The notes beneath the pieces are model-generated. The model ran no database searches, had not been told where the DNA came from, and worked only from the letters and a program-made list of their open reading frames with translations. This document shows positions 53,401-64,000 of a stretch of DNA of 64,000 bases, piece after piece (position 1 is the stretch's first letter; each line of letters starts with the position of its first letter). The DNA is from Auanema rhodensis (lineage: Eukaryota > Animalia > Nematoda), in contig OZ059900.1 of assembly GCA_964057225.1 (NCBI GenBank), positions 18,476,001-18,540,000 on the forward strand, in the 5' to 3' direction. The position numbers and the translations under genes were made by a program.

Positions 53401-56400
53401 TTCATATGAGTCGTCAAATGCAACGAATTTCAGCGTGTTACATACTAAAATGAAGCATTTTACATGCTGAACACTAGAAAAATACAAAAACACAGTATTT
53501 CCCATGAGAAATATTTTATTATGCTGGAAAACCAGTTTTTGGAAATTTCGCTGTAAACAAGGTTTTGACTTACGATTTCATGTGTTCAAACTCATGCAAT
53601 GTCAATGAAACCTAGCTCAAAATTGTTCGTACAACGTCTAGTTCCACTTTCACGACAAAAAAACAGGGGTTAGAAAATTAAGGAAATTAGCATATTCTGA
53701 GGGCACGCCCCTTATGGCTAATATTGATTAAATCGATTTTTGTTAATATGAGTCGTCAAATGCAACGAATTTCAGCGTGTTACATACTAAAATGAAGCAT
53801 TTTACATGCTGAACACTAGAAAAATACAAAAACACAGTATTTCCCATGAGAAATATTTTATTATGCTGGAAAACCAGTTTTTGGAAATTTCGCTGTAAAC
53901 AAGGTTTTGACTTACGATTTCATGTGTTCAAACTCATGCAATGTCAATGAAACCTAGCTCAAAATTGTTCGTACAACGTCTAGTTTCACTTTCACGACAA
54001 AAAAACAGGGGTTAGAAAACTAAGGAAATTAGCATATTCTGAGGGCACGCCCCTTATGGCTAATATTGATTAAATCGATTTTTGTTCATATGAGTCGTCA
54101 AATGCAACGAATTTCAGCGTGTTACATACTAAAATGAAGCATTTTACATGCTGAACACTAGAAAAATACAAAAACACAGTATTTCCCATGAGAAATATTT
54201 TATTATGCTGGAAAACCAGTTTTTGGAAATTTCGCTGTAAACAAGGTTTTGACTTACGATTTCATGTGTTCAAACTCATGCAATGTCAATGAAACCTAGC
54301 TCAAAATTGTTCGTACAACGTCTAGTTCCACTTTCACGACAAAAAAACAGGGGTTAGAAAATTAAGGAAATTAGCATATTCTGAGGGCACGCCCCTTATG
54401 GCTAATATTGATTAAATCGATTTTTGTTCATATGAGTCGTCAAATGCAACGAATTTCGGCGTGTTACATACTAAAATGAAGCATTTTACATGCTGAACAC
54501 TAGAAAAATACAAAAACACAGTATTTCCCATGAGAAATATTTTATTATGCTGGAAAACCAGTTTTTGGAAATTTCGCTGTAAACAAGGTTTTGACTTACG
54601 ATTTCATGTGTTCAAACTCATGCAATGTCAATGAAACCTAGCTCAAAATTGTTCGTACAACGTCTAGTTCCACTTTCACGACAAAAAAACAGGGGTTAGA
54701 AAATTAAGGAAATTAGCATATTCTGAGGGCACGCCCCTTATGGCTAATATTGATTAAATCGATTTTTGTTCATATGAGTCGTCAAATGCAACGAATTTCA
54801 GCGTGTTACATACTAAAATGAAGCATTTTACATGCTGAACACTAGAAAAATACAAAAACACAGTATTTCCCATGAGAAATATTTTATTATGCTGGAAAAC
54901 CAGTTTTTGGAAATTTCGCTGTAAACAAGGTTTTGACTTACGATTTCATGTGTTCAAACTCATGCAATGTCAATGAAACCTAGCTCAAAATTGTTCGTAC
55001 AACGTCTAGTTCCACTTTCACGGCAAAAAAAACAGGGGTTAGAAAATTAAGGAAATTAGCATATTCTGAGGGCACGCCCCTTATGGCTAATATTGATTAA
55101 ATCGATTTTTGTTCATATGAGTCGTCAAATGCAACGAATTTCAGCGTGTTACATACTAAAATGAAGCATTTTACATGCTGAACACTAGAAAAATACAAAA
55201 ACACAGTATTTCCCATGAGAAATATTTTATTATGCTGGAAAACCAGTTTTTGGAAATTTCGCTGTAAACAAGGTTTTGACTTACGATTTCATGTGTTCAA
55301 ACTTATGCAATGTCAATGAAACCTAGCTCAAAATTGTTCGTACAACGTCTAGTTCCACTTTCACGACAAAAAAACAGGGGTTAGAAAATTAAGGAAATTA
55401 GCATATTCTGAGGGCACGCCCCTTATGGCTAATATTGATTAAATCGATTTTTGTTCATATGAGTCGTCAAATGCAACGAATTTCAGCGTGTTACATACTA
55501 AAATGAAGCATTTTACATGCTGAACACTAGAAAAATACAAAAACACAGTATTTCCCATGAGAAATATTTTATTATGCTGGAAAACCAGTTTTTGGAAATT
55601 TCGCTGTAAACAAGGTTTTGACTTACGATTTCATGTGTTCAAACTCATGCAATGTCAATGAAACCTAGCTCAAAATTGTTCGTACAACGTCTAGTTCCAC
55701 TTTCACGACAAAAAAACAAGGGTTAGAAAATTAAGGAAATTAGCATATTCTGAGGGCACGCCCCTTATGGCTAATATTGATTAAATCGATTTTTGTTCAT
55801 ATGAGTCGTCAAATGCAACGAATTTCAGCGTGTTACATACTAAAATGAAGCATTTTACATGCTGAACACTAGAAAAATACAAAAACACAGTATTTCCCAT
55901 GAGAAATATTTTATTATGCTGGAAAACCAGTTTTTGGAAATTTCGCTGTAAACAAGGTTTTGACTTACGATTTCATGTGTTCAAACTCATGCAATGTCAA
56001 TGAAACCTAGCTCAAAATTGTTCGTACAACGTCTAGTTCCACTTTCACGGCAAAAAAAACAGGGGTTAGAAAATTAAGGAAATTAGCATATTCTGAGGGC
56101 ACGCCCCTTATGGCTAATATTGATTAAATCGATTTTTGTTCATATGAGTCGTCAAATGCAACGAATTTCAGCGTGTTACATACTAAAATGAAGCATTTTA
56201 CATGCTGAACACTAGAAAAATACAAAAACACAGTATTTCCCATGAGAAATATTTTATTATGCTGGAAAACCAGTTTTTGGAAATTTCGCTGTAAACAAGG
56301 TTTTGACTTACGATTTCATGTGTTCAAACTCATGCAATGTCAATGAAACCTAGCTCAAAATTGTTCGTACAACGTCTAGTTCCACTTTCACGACAAAAAA

Positions 56401-59400
56401 ACAAGGGTTAGAAAATTAAGGAAATTAGCATATTCTGAGGGCACGCCCCTTATGGCTAATATTGATTAAATCGATTTTTGTTCATATGAGTCGTCAAATG
56501 CAACGAATTTCAGCGTGTTACATACTAAAATGAAGCATTTTACATGCTGAACACTAGAAAAATACAAAAACACAGTATTTCCCATGAGAAATATTTTATT
56601 ATGCTGGAAAACCAGTTTTTGGAAATTTCGCTGTAAACAAGGTTTTGACTTACGATTTCATGTGTTCAAACTCATGCAATGTCAATGAAACCTAGCTCAA
56701 AATTGTTCGTACAACGTCTAGTTCCACTTTCACGACAAAAAAACAGGGGTTAGAAAACTAAGGAAATTAGCATATTCTGAGGGCACGCCCCTTATGGCTA
56801 ATATTGATTAAATCGATTTTTGTTCATATGAGTCGTCAAATGCAACGAATTTCAGCGTGTTACATACTAAAATGAAGCATTTTACATGCTGAACACTAGA
56901 AAAATACAAAAACACAGTATTTCCCATGAGAAATATTTTATTATGCTGGAAAACCAGTTTTTGGAAATTTCGCTGTAAACAAGGTTTTGACTTACGATTT
57001 CATGTGTTCAAACTCATGCAATGTCAATGAAACCTAGCTCAAAATTGTTTGTACAACGTCTAGTTCCACTTTCACGACAAAAAAACAGGGGTTAGAAAAT
57101 TAAGGAAATTAGCATATTCTGAGGGCACGCCCCTTATGGCTAATATTGATTAAATCGATTTTTGTTCATATGAGTCGTCAAATGCAACGAATTTCAGCGT
57201 GTTACATACTAAAATGAAGCATTTTACATGCTGAACACTAGAAAAATACAAAAACACAATATTTCCCATGAGAAATATTTTATTATGCTGGAAAACCAGT
57301 TTTTGGAAATTTCGCTGTAAACAAGGTTTTGACTTACGATTTCATGTGTTCAAACTCATGCAATGTCAATGAAACCTAGCTCAAAATTGTTCGTACAACG
57401 TCTAGTTCCACTTTCACGACAAAAAAACAAGGGTTAGAAAATTAAGGAAATTAGCATGTTCTGAGGGCACGCCCCTTATGGCTAATATTGATTAAATCGA
57501 TTTTTGTTCATATGAGTCGTCAAATGCAACGAATTTCAGTGTGTTACATACTAAAATGAAGCATTTTACATGCTGAACACTAGAAAAATACAAAAACACA
57601 GTATTTCCCATGAGAAATATTTTATTATGCTGGAAAACCAGTTTTTGGAAATTTCGCTGTAAACAAGGTTTTGACTTACGATTTCATGTGTTCAAACTCA
57701 TGCAATGTCAATGAAACCTAGCTCAAAATTGTTCGTACAACGTCTAGTTTCACTTTCACGACAAAAAAACAGGGGTTAGAAAACTAAGGAAATTAGCATA
57801 TTCTGAGGGCACGCCCCTTATGGCTAATATTGATTAAATCGATTTTTGTTCATATGAGTCGTCAAATGCAAGGAATTTCATCGTGTTACATACTAAAATG
57901 AAGCATTATACATGCTGAACACTAGAAAAATACAAAAACACAGTATTTCCCATGAGAAATATTTTATTATGCTGGAAAACCAGTTTTTGGAAATTTCGCT
58001 GTAAACAAGGTTTTGACTTACGATTTCATGTGTTCAAACTCATGCAATGTCAATGAAACCTAGCTCAAAATTGTTCGTACAACGTCTAGTTTCACTTTCA
58101 CGACAAAAAAACAGGGGTTAGAAAACTAAGGAAATTAGCATATTCTGAGGGCACGCCCCTTATGGCTAATATTGATTAAATCGATTTTTGTTCATATGAG
58201 TCGTCAAATGCAACGAATTTCAGCGTGTTACATACTAAAATGAAGCATTTTACATGCTGAACACTAGAAAAATACAAAAACACAGTATTTCCCATGAGAA
58301 ATATTTTATTATGCTGGAAAACCAGTTTTTGGAAATTTCGCTGTAAACAAGGTTTTGACTTACGATTTTATGTGTTCAAACTCATGCAATGTCAATGAAA
58401 CCTAGCTCAAAATTGTTCGTACAACGTCTAGTTCCACTTTCACGACAAAAAAACAGGGGTTAGAAAATTAAGGAAATTAGCATATTCTGAGGGCACGCCC
58501 CTTATGGCTAATATTGATTAAATCGATTTTTGTTCATATGAGTCGTCAAATGCAACGAATTTCAGCGTGTTACATACTAAAATGAAGCATTTTACATGCT
58601 GAACACTAGAAAAATACAAAAACACAGTATTTCCCATGAGAAATATTTTATTATGCTGGAAAACCAGTTTTTGGAAATTTCGCTGTAAACAAGGTTTTGA
58701 CTTACGATTTCATGTGTTCAAACTCATGCAATGTCAATGAAACCTAGCTCAAAATTGTTCGTACAACGTCTAGTTCCACTTTCACGACAAAAAAACAGGG
58801 GTTAGAAAATTAAGGAAATTAGCATATTCTGAGGGTACGCCCCTTATGGCTAATATTGATTAAATCGATTTTTGTTCATATGAGTCGTCAAATGCAACGA
58901 ATTTCAGCGTGTTACATACTAAAATGAAGCATTTTACATGCTGAACACTAGAAAAATACAAAAACACAGTATTTCCCATGAGAAATATTTTATTATGCTG
59001 GAAAACCAGTTTTTGGAAATTTCGCTGTAAACAAGGTTTTGACTTACGATTTCATGTGTTCAAACTCATGCAATGTCAATGAAACCTAGCTCAAAATTGT
59101 TCGTACAACGTCTAGTTCCACTTTCACGACAAAAAAACAGGGGTTAGAAAATTAAGGAAATTAGCATATTCTGAGGGCACGCCCCTTATGGCTAATATTG
59201 ATTAAATCGATTTTTGTTCATATGAGTCGTCAAATGCAACGAATTTCAGCGTGTTACATACTAAAATGAAGCATTTTACATGCTGAACACTAGAAAAATA
59301 CAAAAACACAGTATTTCCCATGAGAAATATTTTATTATGCTGGAAAACCAGTTTTTGGAAATTTCGCTGTAAACAAGGTTTTGACTTACGATTTCATGTG

Positions 59401-62400
59401 TTCAAACTCATGCAATGTCAATGAAACCTAGCTCAAAATTGTTCGTACAACGTCTAGTTCCACTTTCACGACAAAAAAACAGGGGTTAGAAAATTAAGGA
59501 AATTAGCATATTCTGAGGGCACGCCCCTTATGGCTAATATTGATTAAATCGATTTTTGTTAATATGAGTCGTCAAATGCAACGAATTTCAGCGTGTTACA
59601 TACTAAAATGAAGCATTTTACATGCTGAACACTAGAAAAATACAAAAACACAGTATTTCCCATGAGAAATATTTTATTATGCTGGAAAACCAGTTTTTGG
59701 AAATTTCGCTGTAAACAAGGTTTTGACTTACGATTTCATGTGTTCAAACTCATGCAATGTCAATGAAACCTAGCTCAAAATTGTTCGTACAACGTCTAGT
59801 TTCACTTTCACGACAAAAAAACAGGGGTTAGAAAACTAAGGAAATTAGCATATTCTGAGGGCACGCCCCTTATGGCTAATATTGATTAAATCGATTTTTG
59901 TTCATATGAGTCGTCAAATGCAACGAATTTCAGCGTGTTACATACTAAAATGAAGCATTTTACATGCTGAACACTAGAAAAATACAAAAACACAGTATTT
60001 CCCATGAGAAATATTTTATTATGCTGGAAAACCAGTTTTTGGAAATTTCGCTGTAAACAAGGTTTTGACTTACGATTTCATGTGTTCAAACTCATGCAAT
60101 GTCAATGAAACCTAGCTCAAAATTGTTCGTACAACGTCTAGTTCCACTTTCACGACAAAAAAACAGGGGTTAGAAAATTAAGGAAATTAGCATATTCTGA
60201 GGGCACGCCCCTTATGGCTAATATTGATTAAATCGATTTTTGTTCATATGAGTCGTCAAATGCAACGAATTTCGGCGTGTTACATACTAAAATGAAGCAT
60301 TTTACATGCTGAACACTAGAAAAATACAAAAACACAGTATTTCCCATGAGAAATATTTTATTATGCTGGAAAACCAGTTTTTGGAAATTTCGCTGTAAAC
60401 AAGGTTTTGACTTACGATTTCATGTGTTCAAACTCATGCAATGTCAATGAAACCTAGCTCAAAATTGTTCGTACAACGTCTAGTTCCACTTTCACGACAA
60501 AAAAACAGGGGTTAGAAAATTAAGGAAATTAGCATATTCTGAGGGCACGCCCCTTATGGCTAATATTGATTAAATCGATTTTTGTTCATATGAGTCGTCA
60601 AATGCAACGAATTTCAGCGTGTTACATACTAAAATGAAGCATTTTACATGCTGAACACTAGAAAAATACAAAAACACAGTATTTCCCATGAGAAATATTT
60701 TATTATGCTGGAAAACCAGTTTTTGGAAATTTCGCTGTAAACAAGGTTTTGACTTACGATTTCATGTGTTCAAACTCATGCAATGTCAATGAAACCTAGC
60801 TCAAAATTGTTCGTACAACGTCTAGTTCCACTTTCACGGCAAAAAAAACAGGGGTTAGAAAATTAAGGAAATTAGCATATTCTGAGGGCACGCCCCTTAT
60901 GGCTAATATTGATTAAATCGATTTTTGTTCATATGAGTCGTCAAATGCAACGAATTTCAGCGTGTTACATACTAAAATGAAGCATTTTACATGCTGAACA
61001 CTAGAAAAATACAAAAACACAGTATTTCCCATGAGAAATATTTTATTATGCTGGAAAACCAGTTTTTGGAAATTTCGCTGTAAACAAGGTTTTGACTTAC
61101 GATTTCATGTGTTCAAACTCATGCAATGTCAATGAAACCTAGCTCAAAATTGTTCGTACAACGTCTAGTTCCACTTTCACGGCAAAAAAACAGGGGTTAG
61201 AAAATTAAGGAAATTAGCATATTCTGAGGGCACGCCCCTTATGGCTAATATTGATTAAATCGATTTTTGTTCATATGAGTCGTCAAATGCAACGAATTTC
61301 AGCGTGTTACATACTAAAATGAAGCATTTTACATGCTGAACACTAGAAAAATACAAAAACACAGTATTTCCCATGAGAAATATTTTATTATGCTGGAAAA
61401 CCAGTTTTTGGAAATTTCGCTGTAAACAAGGTTTTGACTTACGATTTCATGTGTTCAAACTCATGCAATGTCAATGAAACCTAGCTCAAAATTGTTCGTA
61501 CAACGTCTAGTTCCACTTTCACGACAAAAAAACAGGGGTTAGAAAATTAAGGAAATTAGCATATTCTGAGGGCACGCCCCTTATGGCTAATATTGATTAA
61601 ATCGATTTTTGTTCATATGAGTCGTCAAATGCAACGAATTTCAGCGTGTTACATACTAAAATGAAGCATTTTACATGCTGAACACTAGAAAAATACAAAA
61701 ACACAGTATTTCCCATGAGAAATATTTTATTATGCTGGAAAACCAGTTTTTGGAAATTTCGCTGTAAACAAGGTTTTGACTTACGATTTCATGTGTTCAA
61801 ACTCATGCAATGTCAATGAAACCTAGCTCAAAATTGTTCGTACAACGTCTAGTTCCACTTTCACGACAAAAAAACAGGGGTTAGAAAATTAAGAAAATTA
61901 GCATATTCTGAGGGCACGCCCCATATGGCTAATATTGATTAAATCGATTTTTGTTCATATGAGTCGTCAAATGCAACGAATTTCAGCGTGTTACATACTA
62001 AAATGAAGCATTTTACATGCTGAACACTAGAAAAATACAAAAACACAGTATTTCCCATGAGAAATATTTTATTATGCTGGAAAACCAGTTTTTGGAAATT
62101 TCGCTGTAAACAAGGTTTTGACTTACGATTTCATGTGTTCAAACTCATGCAATGTCAATGAAACCTAGCTCAAAATTGTTCGTACAACGTCTAGTTCCAC
62201 TTTCACGACAAAAAAACAGGGGTTAGAAAATTAAGGAAATTAGCATATTCTGAGGGCACGCCCCTTATGGCTAATATTGATTAAATCGATTTTTGTTAAT
62301 ATGAGTCGTCAAATGCAACGAATTTCAGCGTGTTACATACTAAAATGAAGCATTTTACATGCTGAACACTAGAAAAATACAAAAACACAGTATTTCCCAT

Positions 62401-64000
62401 GAGAAATATTTTATTATGCTGGAAAACCAGTTTTTGGAAATTTCGCTGTAAACAAGGTTTTGACTTACGATTTCATGTGTTCAAACTCATGCAATGTCAA
62501 TGAAACCTAGCTCAAAATTGTTCGTACAACGTCTAGTTCCACTTTCACGACAAAAAAACAGGGGTTAGAAAATTAAGAAAATTAGCATATTCTGAGGGCA
62601 CGCCCCATATGGCTAATATTGATTAAATCGATTTTTGTTCATATGAGTCGTCAAATGCAACGAATTTCAGCGTGTTACATACTAAAATGAAGCATTTTAC
62701 ATGCTGAACACTAGAAAAATACAAAAACACAGTATTTCCCATGAGAAATATTTTATTATGCTGGAAAACCAGTTTTTGGAAATTTCGCTGTAAACAAGGT
62801 TTTGACTTACGATTTCATGTGTTCAAACTCATGCAATGTCAATGAAACCTAGCTCAAAATTGTTCGTACAACGTCTAGTTCCACTTTCACGACAAAAAAA
62901 CAGGGGTTAGAAAATTAAGGAAATTAGCATATTCTGAGGGCACGCCCCTTATGGCTAATATTGATTAAATCGATTTTTGTTCATATGAGTCGTCAAATGC
63001 AACGAATTTCAGCGTGTTACATACTAAAATGAAGCATTTTACATGCTGAACACTAGAAAAATACAAAAACACAATATTTCACATGAGAAATATTTTATTA
63101 TGCTGGAAAACCAGTTTTTGGAAATTTCGCTGTAAACAAGGTTTTGACTTACGATTTCATGTGTTCAAACTCATGCAATGTCAATGAAACCTAGCTCAAA
63201 ATTGTTCGTACAACGTCTAGTTCCACTTTCACGACAAAAAAACAAGGGTTAGAAAATTAAGGAAATTAGCATATTCTGAGGGCACGCCCCTTATGGCTAA
63301 TATTGATTAAATCGATTTTTGTTCATATGAGTCGTCAAATGCAACGAATTTCAGCGTGTTACATACTAAAATGAAGCATTTTACATGCTGAACACTAGAA
63401 AAATACAAAAACACAGTATTTCCCATGAGAAATATTTTATTATGCTGGAAAACCAGTTTTTGGAAATTTCGCTGTAAACAAGGTTTTGACTTACGATTTC
63501 ATGTGTTCAAACTCATGCAATGTCAATGAAACCTAGCTCAAAATTGTTCGTACAACGTCTAGTTCCACTTTCACGACAAAAAAACAGGGGTTAGAAAATT
63601 AAGGAAATTAGCATATTCTGAGGGCACGCCCCTTATGGCTAATATTGATTAAATCGATTTTTGTTCATATGAGTCGTCAAATGCAACGAATTTCAGCGTG
63701 TTACATACTAAAATGAAGCATTTTACATGCTGAACACTAGAAAAATACAAAAACACAGTATTTCCCATGAGAAATATTTTATTATGCTGGAAAACCAGTT
63801 TTTGGAAATTTCGCTGTAAACAAGGTTTTGACTTACGATTTCATGTGTTCAAACTCATGCAATGTCAATGAAACCTAGCTCAAAATTGTTCGTAAAACGT
63901 CTAGTTCCACTTTCACGACAAAAAAACAGGGGTTAGAAAACTAAGGAAATTAGCATATTCTGAGGGCACGCCCCTTATGGCTAATATTGATTAAATCGAT
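20401..64000 (+). repeat. Satellite variant domain R (~127 monomers)
   Basis: Alleles seen only here: agtttcac, aaaactaagg, aacaagggtt, gcatgttctg, cacaatattt, ttgttaatatg, cacggcaaaa, caatgtaacc, ttgtttgtac. First seen at ~20652. Confidence 0.85.
28320..58360 (+). repeat. Higher-order tandem duplication of a 42-monomer unit (14,370 bp x2, plus a short start of a third copy)
   Basis: Rare variants recur at a constant +14370 offset (42x342+6): gaatttcaga 28791/43161, tcaaaaatgt 33431/47801, tgcactgtca 35461/49831, aaatgaaaca 36341/50711, tacatgttga 37381/51751, acttatgcaa 40931/55301. The +6 matches six A8-run monomers per unit. Ends are approximate. Confidence 0.93.

Larger units (their letters stand above)
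517..64000 (+). repeat. Tandem satellite DNA array, 342-bp monomer, ~185.6 head-to-tail copies, very homogeneous; runs off the right end of the window
   Basis: The same text (gacttacgatttcatgtgttcaaactcatg...) recurs at 541, 2251 (+1710 = 5x342) and 3961 (+3420 = 10x342), and continues to the end. Most monomers differ from consensus at 0-5 positions. The only length changes seen are +1 bp in a C-run or an A-run. Strand is arbitrary (majority orientation). Confidence 0.99.

Noticed and set aside
517-64000. CRISPR array or other repeat-spacer system
   Set aside because: Repeats are 342 bp and contiguous, with no unique spacers and no cas or other genes.
517-64000. Assignment to a named satellite family (e.g. 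primate alpha satellite dimer) or proof of centromere function
   Set aside because: Length (2x171) and a partial CENP-B-like motif are suggestive, but the sequence does not otherwise resemble alpha satellite as I know it. Naming needs a database search, and function needs CENP-A data.
517-64000. Variant pattern as an information-bearing code or programmed diversification system
   Set aside because: Variants are explained by ordinary point mutation plus nested tandem duplication at fixed offsets. No enzyme gene, template/variable-region pair or targeted mutational bias is visible.

Overview
The whole window is non-coding, AT-rich (~34% GC by hand count of one monomer) tandem satellite DNA with a 342-bp monomer, typical of eukaryotic centromeric or pericentromeric heterochromatin. 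I cannot name the family or the organism. Bases 1-~505 hold about 1.5 monomers in the opposite orientation, from a slightly diverged subfamily. They join a forward array of about 185.6 near-identical monomers (517-64000) through an inversion junction carrying a short templated duplication. Diagnostic point variants split the forward array into two domains (boundary ~20.1-20.7 kb). They also show nested higher-order duplications: 2-mer, 3-mer, 8-mer-spaced and 14-mer-spaced blocks, an 18-mer of 6,159 bp and a 42-mer of 14,370 bp. The monomer has a CENP-B-box-like motif, a cluster of short dyads, a hint of an ancestral 2x171-bp structure and no CpG depletion. No genes, RNA genes, CRISPR array or mobile element are supported. 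The single ORF results from one private point mutation. I found no new protein-coding system; the interest lies in array architecture and the junction.
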